A stretch of 64,000 nucleotides of DNA, from contig RQSC01000014.1 in NCBI GenBank assembly GCA_013416795.1, positions 486,768 through 550,767 on the forward strand, written 5' to 3'. Every line of letters starts with the position of its first letter. Within the stretch, counting starts at the first letter, position 1. This DNA comes from Prasinococcaceae sp. CCMP 1430. Lineage: Eukaryota; Plantae; Prasinodermophyta. This document shows positions 10,769-20,767 of this stretch, one piece after another. The position numbers and the translations under genes were made by a program. Below the pieces are notes generated by a model that saw nothing but the letters and a program-made list of their open reading frames with translations, was not told the origin of the DNA and did no database searches.

Positions 10769-11599
10769 CGCGCGCGCAGCGGAGCCGCCGGCGCAGCGCC
10801 TCGCGCCGCCGAGGACGTGCGCTGGGCGGAGCCGGAGCCCAAGCCCGCTCCGCCGGGCGCGGGCGGCGCGGGCAAGAAGGTGGTGGTGCTCGGAGGGACG
10901 GGCTTCGTCGGGAGCCGCGTCGTCGGCGCGCTCAAGGAGTCGGGCGCCACCGTCGTCTCCGTGTCCAAGAGCGGCGGCGGCGGCAAGGGCGCGGCGGGGG
11001 TCGAGTACGTCGCGGCCGATCTGTCGCGCGCGGGCGACGAGGCCGTCGCCGCGGCGATGGAGGGCGCCGACGCCGTCGTGAGCTGCATCGGCGTCATCGG
11101 CGGGTCCAACGCCGAGATGGAGGAGGGCAACGGCGCGCTCAACGAGAACGCCGCCGCGGCCGCCAAGGCCGCCGGCGTGCAGCGCTTCGTGTACGTGTCG
11201 GTCGCGGGCATCGTGTCCAGGACGGTCACCGCGCTGCCGGGCGGCCTGCTCAAGGGCTACTTCGACGGCAAGGCGAGGGCGGAGGCCGCGGTCGAGGCCG
11301 CCGTGCCGGAGCCCGTCATGGTCTGCCCGAGCTTCATTTATGGCGGGGAGGACTTCGAGATCGCGCCGCCGCGCGTCCCGGCGGGCTACGGCGGCGCCAT
11401 CGAGAAACTGCTCGGCTCGGCGCCCATCAAGTCGCTCGCCGGCGTGATGCCGGGCCCCATCGCGCTGACGCTCGCGCCCCCGGTGAGCGCCGAGAGCGTC
11501 GGCAAGGCGTGCGCGGCCGCCGCGCTCGGGCAGGTCGCCGGCACCAAGTTCGACGGCACGGGTCCCATCAACGCCGCGGCCGCCAGCTTCGCGCCCTGA
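10769..11599 (+). CDS. Atypical SDR / NAD(P)-binding Rossmann protein (NAD_binding_10-like), probably plastid-targeted; first exon unresolved
   Basis: KKVVVLGGTGFVGSRVV (GxxGxxG), ADAVVSCIG, RFVYVS, GYFDGKARAEAAV, PSFIYGG; CTGAC branch at about 10690 and CAG acceptor at 10766-10768. Confidence 0.85.
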   Translation, partial: RARSGAAGAAPRAAEDVRWAEPEPKPAPPGAGGAGKKVVVLGGTGFVGSRVVGALKESGATVVSVSKSGGGGKGAAGVEYVAADLSRAGDEAVAAAMEGADAVVSCIGVIGGSNAEMEEGNGALNENAAAAAKAAGVQRFVYVSVAGIVSRTVTALPGGLLKGYFDGKARAEAAVEAAVPEPVMVCPSFIYGGEDFEIAPPRVPAGYGGAIEKLLGSAPIKSLAGVMPGPIALTLAPPVSAESVGKACAAAALGQVAGTKFDGTGPINAAAASFAP

Positions 11600-11782
11600 G
11601 CGCCGGGCTCGCACTCTAGCACTAGCTCGCCGCCTGCCGCAGCGCCCCCCCCATCTAAAGTGGCGTTCGCCAGTTGCGGCCGCGCGCCGCCCCGGCGCGG
11701 GCCGAGCTGGGACGGGGAGACCATTACGCATTCGCTTCGAGCGCGGCCTGCCTCTCTGCCTCCCCTCCCACCGCGAGCTACC

Positions 11783-13084
11783 TCAGGACATGGCGTTGTC
11801 CTCGCCGCTGAGTGCCTTGTCGTCCTCCGCGACGCGCTCGGGCGTGTGGTCCTCGTCGACGCCGTCGCCCGGTGCGTAGGCCCCCGGGTCGACGACAGCC
11901 TCCTTCCTCGGCCTGGTCGTCGACCCGCGCGCCTCCGCGCGCTCCTGAATGGCCAGCTGGGCGAGCCTCGCTTCGTGCAAGCTTTCCCGCTCGAGCTCGC
12001 GCTCCTGCGCCTCGGCCATCCTGTCGAGCCGCTTCCGAAAGGCGAGCCACACGTCGTCGGGGTGTTGGCCGTACTTCCTGATGAACTCGTCGGTGTCCAT
12101 TTTCTTGATTGCGCGCAGCTTCCACAGGAGGCGCTTGATCCCCACCTTGCGCCACCATTGCTGGATGGCGTGCGCGGATCTGTCCTTGATCGTCTCCGCG
12201 CGGCAGATCTCGCGCGTCCGCTTGGAGTGGTCGTGAATCCACTGGCGCTCCACCTCCATCTCTCGGCTCTGCTTGCGTTGCGCCTCCGTGGCCGCCTTCC
12301 GCTTGCTCTCCGCCTTTTCCTTCATCCACTTCTCGAAGGTCAGCGCGCCGCGCACCTTCGCGACGGAGCGCCTCCACGCCCGTTCTCCGGTCGACATCGA
12401 GCGGTAAAGGGGCGGCCCGGGTTCGCCGGTCGTGCCAAGCTCGGTCCCAGGCGCCGCCTCCTCGTCGTCGATGGCAGCGCGAGGGCCGGCGCTCTGCACG
12501 GCGGTCGCGTGAACGGCGCTCGCGGCATCGGAGGGGGAGGTGCCGGCCCTCCCGAGGTCTCCATTCATGGCATCCTCGCGGGGCGGCGGCGGCGGCGTGG
12601 CGACGCGGGGCAGGGAGGCGCTGCCGTCCGCGGACCGGCGCGCCCCGTCGGCTGCCTTGCTCGCGCGGTCGGACCCCACGTCATCCTCGCGCCCGACCGC
12701 CGTCGGCGCCGCCTTCGCTTGGCGGACGTTTGCGGCGTCGTTCTGTGCTAGCGCCGAGCGGTCGTAGCGCTTGGGCCCGGTCCGCACCGGCGGTCGCGCG
12801 TCCAGCTGGCTCCCGCGCGACCTCGGGCTGCGCTGCCCGCCTCGGCGGTGGACCGGGACGGCGGCCACGGCCCGGTCGTCCCATTCCGGCCGCGAGGCGC
12901 GCGCGCGCTGCCCGTCTGATTTGGTGACGGGTTGCAGGGGCGCGGTGTAGGGGCTGCGCGCGGGGCTGCGCCCCTGCGCCCGGCGCTTTGGGCCATCTTG
13001 CGCACCGGACTGACCGGGCGGCGCAGCGTGGCGCAACGAGCGCCCTTCGCTCGGCGTGGCGGGCGAGCGCGGGGTCACGGCCAT
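11783..13084 (-). CDS. Hypothetical protein with disordered N-terminus, IQ-like motif and coiled coil
   Basis: SAHAIQQWWRKVGIKR is IQ-like; helical E/K/R-rich segments; first in-frame ATG at 13084 (the ORF-track start at 13438 is a TTG). Confidence 0.6.
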   Translation of the reverse strand: MAVTPRSPATPSEGRSLRHAAPPGQSGAQDGPKRRAQGRSPARSPYTAPLQPVTKSDGQRARASRPEWDDRAVAAVPVHRRGGQRSPRSRGSQLDARPPVRTGPKRYDRSALAQNDAANVRQAKAAPTAVGREDDVGSDRASKAADGARRSADGSASLPRVATPPPPPREDAMNGDLGRAGTSPSDAASAVHATAVQSAGPRAAIDDEEAAPGTELGTTGEPGPPLYRSMSTGERAWRRSVAKVRGALTFEKWMKEKAESKRKAATEAQRKQSREMEVERQWIHDHSKRTREICRAETIKDRSAHAIQQWWRKVGIKRLLWKLRAIKKMDTDEFIRKYGQHPDDVWLAFRKRLDRMAEAQERELERESLHEARLAQLAIQERAEARGSTTRPRKEAVVDPGAYAPGDGVDEDHTPERVAEDDKALSGEDNAMS

Positions 13085-14163
13085 CGCGCCACCCCCGCTT
13101 TCGGCTGTCGTTTTCGTCGAGCCGCGCGTGCTCGACCGCCCCCTGCCACCCCAGCGCGCACCCGTCCGGCCCCGCGGCCCCGGCCGCAGGCGCTGCCTCT
13201 CGTCTGCGCCCCGCTTGAGCGCGCCCTCTTGTGCTCGCCCGCACCCGCGTGCGCGCACGTGCCTGCGCGCGTGTGCATCGCGCAGGCGCGTGGCTCCGCT
13301 CGACGCGCGCGACTGTGCTGAGCTGCTACCCACCGCCTCCGTGCCCCCGTGCCTCCCCCCCACCCCCTTCGTGTCGTGCCCCCTCGCCGTGGCCCCCACC
13401 ACGGGTGGCTCCTTCTCCTGCGCCGGCGTGTTCCCCAACCGACCGTACGCGGATGGTCGCTGCCGCGGGCCCCTGACTGTTAACTACCCCAACCGACCGT
13501 GGAGAGGCGTGGGAGGAGGAGTTCCCCCCTTCCCCCCCCCCGCGCCCCACAGCCAACCAACCCAGCAGCCCGTCAGCCCGCCAGTCATCTGCCCAGTCGG
13601 CCTGCGCCGGCGCGCCTGCTCCCGCGCGCGCGCGCGCGTGCGGGAGCCCCGACGCGGACCCGTCCCCGTGCTCCCCCCCTCGCGCTTTTTTGTTTTTGTT
13701 TTGGTTTTTTGGGTTCGCGGTGCGGCGTTGCGTTGCGTCCGCTGGCAGGCCGCGCCGCGCGCCGGATGCGGATGCGGGCGCGTTGCCTCGCGCGCTCCAC
13801 GGGGCACGGTGGGCCGGGCCGGGTCGGACCGGGCCGGGCCGGGCCGGGCCGGCGGCACGGGACGCCGCGCGCTGGCGTGGGAGGGCTTGGCGGCGGAGAG
13901 GGCGAGGTGGCACAACACACGTCAACGGGGGAGCGAGGGAGGGAGCGAGGGAGTCAGGAGGGGGGAGGGTCGCACTCGGAGTGCTGCGCCCGCGCGTCGT
14001 GCGCGCCACGCGCGCCCAGCGCGGCGTCCTGTGAGCGCCGGCGCTCTCGCATCGCCTTACCCCTCGCCTTTTCCGTCGCCTGTCCCCCCCCTCGTCTCGC
14101 CCCTTCCCCGCCGTCACCCGCCCGCCCTAGGCCGCCTGGCGCACGCGTCAAGGGGCAGCAGCT

Positions 14164-15411
14164 ATGACAGACTCGCCGCCTTACGAGGCGCCTGCGGCTG
14201 CCCCCGCTGCGGAGGCCTCCTCGGCGGATGCCGCGCCCGCCGAAGCCGCACCCACCGGTGACAGCACCCCCGTACCGAACGGCGATGGTGACACGCCTGC
14301 GGATGGCGCCACCGTCGAAGGCACCGAGGGCGTCGCGCCCGTCGAGAGCGGCGAGGGAGCTGCTGCAGCCGAGGGCGCTGAGGGAACCGATGCACAGGGT
14401 GCAGCGACCGGTGCTGGCGCCGACGGCGCCGAGGGGATTGCTGAGGGCGCCGCGGAGGGCGCCGCGTTGGGCGAAGGGGAGGCCGGCGCGGAGGCCGCCG
14501 CAGGCGACGCCGCGGAGGGCGCCGCGGAGGGCGCCCACGAGGGTAGCGAGGGCGCCGGGGAGAGCGCCGAGGCCGGCGATGCAGCTGCTGAGGAGGGGGT
14601 GGCCCCTTCGACCATGCTGGATACGATGTACCTATTGCGGCATGGCGAGAGCGCGTACGAGGCCGCCGTCGCCGGCGGCGATCGCGACGCCGCCGACGCC
14701 GCTGCGGGGACGATTGACGCACGTCTGAGCGCCGAGGGAAAGAAAGCCGCGGCGGATCTCAGGGAGGAGCTGCTGAAGGCAGGGAGCATGTTTGACTTGG
14801 CGTACGTCGCCCCGCTGTCGGCGTCCCTCGAGTTCACTGACCTGGCCCTGCGTGGCCTCGTGGGCCGCTACGTGCTCGAACCCGCGCTCACTGACGCTTC
14901 CGCCGGCGGCACCGCCGCGGAGGACGTGGGCGCGTCGCACCGCGGACGGCCCTTCCGGCTCTTCAAGCGTGACTTCGAGGACCTGGCGTGCGGGGTGGCC
15001 ACTGACGCAAGCCTGCTCGTGGAGGAGGAGGGAGAGCCAGACGGTCCGTCCGAGGAGGGAGAGCCCGAAAGTCCGTCCGCCACGCCGATCCCGGCTGACC
15101 AGGAGAGCGATGAGGGTGGATACGACCTCCCAGCTAGCCCCGCCCTGCCTCCGCGCGCGACGTGGATCCCGGCGGAGCAGGAGAGCGGCGAGGGTGGATA
15201 CGGCCTTCCAGAAAGCACTCCCCCGCTTCCGCGCCGCGCCGACGACCTGCTGGCGTCCGTGCGCAAATTGGATTGCAACTCGCGCGTGGTGGTGGTCGCT
15301 CAGGAGAGCGTCGTGAAGGCACTCATGGACGCGGCGGCGGTGGCGAGTGGCGAGGGCTCGGAGCCCGCACCCGACCTCAAATCCGCCGAGCTCAGGGAGG
15401 TCAAAATCTGA
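14164..15411 (+). CDS. Histidine phosphatase (PGM-like) fold protein with long acidic Ala/Glu/Gly N-terminus
   Basis: MYLLRHGES (RHG motif), DARLSAEG, FDLAYVAPL, terminal VVVVAQESVVKAL strand-helix; ATG at 14164. Confidence 0.75.
   Translation: MTDSPPYEAPAAAPAAEASSADAAPAEAAPTGDSTPVPNGDGDTPADGATVEGTEGVAPVESGEGAAAAEGAEGTDAQGAATGAGADGAEGIAEGAAEGAALGEGEAGAEAAAGDAAEGAAEGAHEGSEGAGESAEAGDAAAEEGVAPSTMLDTMYLLRHGESAYEAAVAGGDRDAADAAAGTIDARLSAEGKKAAADLREELLKAGSMFDLAYVAPLSASLEFTDLALRGLVGRYVLEPALTDASAGGTAAEDVGASHRGRPFRLFKRDFEDLACGVATDASLLVEEEGEPDGPSEEGEPESPSATPIPADQESDEGGYDLPASPALPPRATWIPAEQESGEGGYGLPESTPPLPRRADDLLASVRKLDCNSRVVVVAQESVVKALMDAAAVASGEGSEPAPDLKSAELREVKI
15087..15215 (+). repeat. Imperfect intragenic duplication with a 78-bp (26-aa) period
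   Basis: IPADQESDEGGYDLPASPALPPRA versus IPAEQESGEGGYGLPESTPPLPRRA; gatcccggc at 15087 and 15165. Confidence 0.85.
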
Positions 15412-15687
15412 AAGACGTGATCGCCTCCGGCGACGAGGGGATACAGTACACGTATAACATACATTTGGACTCAGGCGCGCTTGAAGAAGGCCGCCACGCT
15501 CGGCTGTTTGGAACTGCCACCGGTGCCGCTGCCGCGGCGCGCGCGCGCGCGCTGGGGGGTGGCACCGTGCGGTGCGGAGGCCCCGCCACTCCGAGTGCGC
15601 TTTTGCCCCCGCTGCATCTTCAGCACTCACACATGCGCGCATGCGGGTGTCAGCTCGCGACTTGATTGACGCCCCCCACCCTCCCGG

Positions 15688-15722
15688 GATGGGTGGGTGG
15701 GTGGGTGGGTGGGCGGGTGGGT
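15688..15722 (+). repeat. (GGGT)n tract, potential G-quadruplex
   Basis: gggatgggtgggtgggtgggtgggtgggcgggtggg directly after the POLI stop, between convergent genes. Confidence 0.85.
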
Positions 15723-17750
15723 TCAGCAGCGCGAATGAGCACCGCCACGCTCGCTCGCCGCTCGCACCTGCTGCTGTTGCTCAATCTGGCGCATCAGCAG
15801 ACGCTGCTCAGCCGCATCAATGGCGCCGAGATCGACCGCACAATCGCCGTCGCCTCCGACGCGAGCCTTGTCACCGCGCGCTCCCGCGGCGGCGCCGGCG
15901 TCAGCAACCGCTCGTGGCGAGCTCGATTGCGCGAGCACTCTCTGTGGAAGGGCTGCGCGTTCCAGCGCGGGGCGAACCGGCCCGCCGCCCTGACGCGCGA
16001 TGCGCGCCTCTCTCTTGCTGTGCAGAGGAGGCGCGGGGCCCTCACCGTGGGCAAGCAGCGTCCCGCTCGCATCCCTGTCGGCTCTGGCGGAGCCGTCATG
16101 CGCACCGACACCAGCACCTTCACCGCGCGCCGGCGGGTCGGCCGTGCTCCTCGTCGCTCCGAGCATGTCAACGACCGTCGTGGCCTTCGTGCTGCCTGCC
16201 TCTGTAAAACTGCCCACGCCGACGTTCAGTAGCGTCAGGTTCCATCCACCTTCAGCACCCAGCTCACGCCGAAGGACGTTCGCGACGAGCGCCGCCGCCG
16301 CGTCCACGGCAGCTGGCGTCGCAGCGGTCTCGGCGCCGCCTGCAGCCGTCGCGGCGTCCAGCGCCGACAGCACTGCTCGCGGCAGCGCCTCAGTACGCGA
16401 GGATCGCCCTCGCGGGCGCTCGGAGCTCGTCCACACTCGCCACTTTGCTACGAGTCGCTGAGGGCGTCGTGCATACCTCAGCGCGTCCTCGGCGGCGCGC
16501 ACCAGCAGGTCCGGCAGCAGCGCACGCACGACTCCCTCCGCTGCCGCGTGCGTACGGCACTCTCTGAACGAGTCCTCGACGGTGATGGCTCGCGGCGGCC
16601 CGCGCTGCTCCACTCGAGTCTCATCTCGGCCCTGTGCCGCGGCCACGAGTGCCGCCGCTTGCGTGCGCAGCGCCTCAGCGCGCGCGTCACCAACGCCGCC
16701 AGCATCGGTCCGCTTGGAAGCAGCGGCGGAGAGCAGCGCGGCGTGGACTCTACCCTCGCCAGCTGCGACCATCTGCGCGGCGGTGATAATGCCCACGGCG
16801 CGCAGCGCCTCATTGGTCGCGTGGCCAACGCCGCGCAGCGCCCGGACGGGCAAGGGCGCGACGAATGCCGAGGCCTCGGAGGCCATCAGCGTGGTCTGGG
16901 CGTCAGGTTTGTGCAGCCCCGCTGAGAGCTTTGCCAGCAAGGGGTTGTGGGCGATGCCCGCCGCCACCGTCAGCCCCGTTTGCTCCCGTACCGCCGCACG
17001 CACCTCGCGCGCCACCGCGCTGGCCGCGCATAGCAGCCTGTGCGGGTACGGCAGCGCGGCCCACTGGCGCGAGTCATATTGCACGCCGCACGGCGCGCTG
17101 TCACTCGCACGCAGGTCCATCACGCGGTGGCGATTCTCGGCGGCCGTGCCCTCGGACGCGAGGTGCAGGAAGCCGGATAGTGCGAAGCGAGGCTCGTCGC
17201 GCCCCTCATGCGCGTCCGCGCATTCCGCGCCGCCGCCGCCCGCGCCGCCGCCGCCGCCTCTGACCGCGCCCTCCCACTCCCTGAGCCGCTCAGTCGCCAG
17301 ACTCGTTACGTCGACGGTGACCTCGTCCAGGCCCACGCTCGAGTACGTCCCGAATCCACCAACTGCCGCACGCACGCGGTCCGCCGCCTCCCTGTACGGA
17401 GTGAGGTCGCTCCCGTCGACCAACGCGAGCGCGCCCCCGCACAGACGACGCGCCTCATCTACGGCCATGAGCTTGCCGACGCCCAGCGCGCGCGCTTCGT
17501 AGTTCGCCGTGACGACGAGGTACTTTTGGACGACTCCCAGAGGGCGGCCCCGCAGCGCGGGGTTGTTCACCGCCTCCACCTGCGCGTACCTGCGAGCGCG
17601 AGGAAACGCAGCCAGCGCTGGCGCGCGTGAGCGCGCGGCAAGCCAGGAGCAGGGCGGCGCGGCCACGCCGCGAGCAACAACGCACATGCAGTCGACATCT
17701 ATGTGAACGATGGCGCGCTCGACGTCCGCGCGCGCCGCAGGCACCGCCAT
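15723..17750 (-). CDS. POLI: Y-family DNA polymerase, iota-like; in-frame 96-bp intron 17685-17590
   Basis: After splicing: IVHIDVDCMYAQVE; PLGVVQKYLVVTANYEAR, DLTPYREA, GLDE, LAKLSAGLHKPDAQTTL match recalled Pol iota motifs rather than eta or kappa. Confidence 0.82.
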   Translation of the reverse strand: MAVPAARADVERAIVHIDVDCMCVVARGVAAPPCSWLAARSRAPALAAFPRARRYAQVEAVNNPALRGRPLGVVQKYLVVTANYEARALGVGKLMAVDEARRLCGGALALVDGSDLTPYREAADRVRAAVGGFGTYSSVGLDEVTVDVTSLATERLREWEGAVRGGGGGAGGGGAECADAHEGRDEPRFALSGFLHLASEGTAAENRHRVMDLRASDSAPCGVQYDSRQWAALPYPHRLLCAASAVAREVRAAVREQTGLTVAAGIAHNPLLAKLSAGLHKPDAQTTLMASEASAFVAPLPVRALRGVGHATNEALRAVGIITAAQMVAAGEGRVHAALLSAAASKRTDAGGVGDARAEALRTQAAALVAAAQGRDETRVEQRGPPRAITVEDSFRECRTHAAAEGVVRALLPDLLVRAAEDALRYARRPQRLVAKWRVWTSSERPRGRSSRTEALPRAVLSALDAATAAGGAETAATPAAVDAAAALVANVLRRELGAEGGWNLTLLNVGVGSFTEAGSTKATTVVDMLGATRSTADPPARGEGAGVGAHDGSARADRDASGTLLAHGEGPAPPLHSKREARIARQGGGPVRPALERAALPQRVLAQSSSPRAVADAGAAAGARGDKARVGGDGDCAVDLGAIDAAEQRLLMRQIEQQQQVRAASERGGAHSRC

Positions 17751-17869
17751 CGACCCTGCCTGGCTGTCCGGTCGAGCCCGTCACGCGGCGCCCGCTGGCC
17801 TCCGCGACGGCCCCGAGGCGGCTCGCGGTGGTGGGGTGACTGCGCGCGGCGAGCCGCGCACATACGCAG

Positions 17870-20133
17870 GGCCTGCCAGCCTCGTCCCTTGCCGGGCGTG
17901 CTTCCAGACGGGCAAGGACGTAGCACTCCCGCCGCTTGATACGCCGCCGGCGTTGTTGCCTAACGATGGCGGCTACACACGACAGGAACTGCTGCTCTGG
18001 TCTCCGTACACTCCAGAACAGCAGCGGCCGACAGGCTGGGAGGAGGCGGGGGGTAGTCGAGGTCCAGCCCGCGACACGCGTCTGTTCTACGCAGGCGTCA
18101 TGAGGGGCACGCAAATATGCGATGCGGACGAGGGAGGCGCAGGTGGCAGCGCGGACGGAAACGCGGTCGCGACGGGCGCCGCACACGTGTGGAATCGTCT
18201 CCGCACGATGCCGGGGGCGCGCGTGCTCAATTACCTGGACTGCCAGGAGGCGCGCGAGCACGAGCAGGCAGCGTGCTGCGCCAAGTTGCTGCGAACCTAC
18301 CGCGAGGGTGAGATGGCGCGCGCAGGCATCGGCGACAGCCGCAGCGGCGGAGCCACGGGGCCAGTCGCAGTCGGCGGCATTGCGGCCCTGCGAGCGGCGG
18401 GATCGGCCACTGTCGGCAGCTGCAGGCGGCCGGTGCGCGCAAACATGGCGAAGGAGATGCGGCGAGCGGTCTTCTGCGTTGTGCCTCGCACAACCTTCGG
18501 GGGCGACGAGGCAACACTGCTGCACGCAGCACTGTTTGGGTGCCTCCCCGTATTCGTGGGCGGGGGTCGCGCTGGCAGGCGCGTTGAACCCCCGCTCTCC
18601 GGTCCCGGGGGAATCACGTGGGAAGAGTTTTCTTTGAGCGCGGCACTCGACGAGGTGGAGCACCTGCCAGGGCGCTTGGCTGCACTCGACAGCTCCGACG
18701 TGGAGCGCATGCAAGCAGCAATGGCGAAAGCACGCGTCTGGGAGAAGCTTCTGTACAGTAGCCTGTATCGGGAGCCGTTAATGAGCGCGACGCGCAGCGG
18801 CCACACGCCGCGCGGCACCGAAGCCATCGGCGATCGCATCTCCGCCGCGGCCGTGTTCGATAACGACGCCGTCGGCGTGCTTCTTCAGGTGCTTGGCGAG
18901 CGCGCAAAGCGCAAGTTTGAACGGTGGCCGTCCGCCGAGCATGCAGCCAGCCGGGACGGTGGTGCACCGAGCGGGCGCTCCGAAGGGCCGTCGCCCTCGC
19001 TGGCTTCTCCCCCGCTGGTGCCTGTGCCGCCCTCGGCGTGCAAGGAGCAGCCACCGCAAGAGCCTCCGCCCGGGTCAGTCATCACCGCTCCGAGCGAATG
19101 CGTCCGAGTCTTCTTTTATCACGTCGAGAAGACGGGTGGCACGACGGTCCGCAATATGTTCCGCCGACTGGGGGTGTGGGACGATGTTGTCTATTGGGGT
19201 TCCAACACCATGAACACAGCCGACGTACACGAGGACGTGCCATGCACGAGGGCCTCCACGGAAGGCGGGACGGTTTACAAGCTGGCCAAGGGCGAGCGCC
19301 GGTGTTCGCTGGCGCGGCTGCTGACGGACATCGAGAAAGACCCATCAGCGCATCCGCGCGTATTCGTCGAGTTGCACCCGCCGCAGCCCATGCGAGCAGA
19401 CGACAAGTTCCTGTCGCGCATCGCAGCGCTGCGCGACCGCGAGAGGCGAAGCGGGTCCGCGTGCAAGACGGTGCTCCTGACGATAGTGCGCGAGCCACGG
19501 GCGTTCTACGTGTCGTACTACCACCACTTCGTGCAGCAGTATCAAGCTCCAGGCGCGAGGCACGAGCTGGCCTACGGCAGCGCCTTCCACGAGTGGGCAA
19601 TACCAAACCTGCAGACGCTGACTCTGCTGCATGACCCAAATGTAGGCTTCCCGTCGCGGGCAAAGGCATACAAGGTGGACGAGTCGACGGGCGAACGCAC
19701 AACGCCACTGTACCTCGCGCGGCAGGCGGCCAACTCGTCCTTGGTCTCCGATCGCACTATGCTCACTGCTCTGAACGAGGGCTTGGAACTGTTTGACATT
19801 GTTGGGACGACGGAGCAATTCGATGCCACGATGCTGCTGCTCTCCGATGCGACGGGGCTCAGGCATGTGGCATACAAGAGGGCCAACAGCAGAAAGGAGA
19901 CGGTCCAGAGGGATCACAGCGAGATCGCACCGGCCGTGAATTTTTCGGGCCTCGCGGGTCCGGGGAACGAGGCGCTGGCACCGTCGCCCGACGAGGCGCG
20001 CGCGCTCGTCGACCGCATATCGCCCTTCGACCAAGAGATGTACGCGCGCTGGAGTGGCGCGTTCGCGGAGCGCATCGCAGCCCTCGGGCCCACCTTCGAG
20101 GAGCGCCTGCGTGCGTTCGTCAACAGGGCGTAG
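17870..20133 (+). CDS. Exostosin (GT47) C-terminal half fused to a sulfotransferase domain; 5' exons not found
   Basis: CFQTGKDVALPP, RLFYAG, MRRAVFCVVP...LFGCLPVFV, ITWEEFS (GT47); FFYHVEKTGGTT (5'-PAPS loop), TIVREPRAFYVSYY (3'-PAPS), FDIVGTTEQFD, DQEMY (sulfotransferase). Confidence 0.78.
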
Positions 20134-20180
20134 TGCGCGCGACAATACGATGGCAGCATTATTTTTTGTGTGCGAAGCGT

Positions 20181-20767
20181 TCACGCCGCCCCTCCTCCGC
20201 TTAACCACCTCCTCCAGCCGCCGGCCCCTTCGCGCCTTGACTGAGCCAGCGAGGCCTGCTCAAGCCGCTGGCGAAGTTGCGCGAGCTCTTCGTCCATGGC
20301 CTTGACTTCGGCCTCGAGCTCTACGAGCCGGACCCCATCTTTTCGGTCCTCGGCCAACAGGTCGTTGAGAACCTCCTCGCGCCGCGAAAGCTCGATCTGC
20401 AGCGCCTCGCGCTCCTTCTCTAGGCGCAGCGCCTCAGCACGCCACCACTCGGGCTGCTCACGCGCGGGCAAGAGCAGCGCGCGCGTGCGCATCGTCAGCG
20501 ACACGGCACGCGCGCACGACAGCGCGAGAGGCACGCGTTCGCGAGTGGCAGCTTGGCAGCACGCACCGTTCGTGGTCCCGGCGCGGGCTCCCCTGGCACC
20601 GTCGGGTCGTCGGGAACGCGCGCCATGCTCTCAGCGCCAGGCGGCGCGTCTGTAGCCCCTCCTGGCCCGCCCGCCCGAGCGCCGGCGTTGCCCGCGATAG
20701 ACTCGCTTCCAGGCTCTGGCATGCACGCCGCGAGCGGATTCCATTTCACGGGACGCCTCGTCCCCAT
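20181..20767 (-). CDS. Small coiled-coil protein; intron 20566-20454; start at 20767 or 20722
   Basis: Heptad-rich WWRAEALRLEKEREALQIELSRREEVL...GWRRWLSGG; the phase-0 GTGCGT...CAG intron joins two ORFs. Confidence 0.6.

Noticed and set aside
13400-13438. N-myristoylation motif MGNT on the IQ protein
   Set aside because: The ORF-track M is a TTG codon
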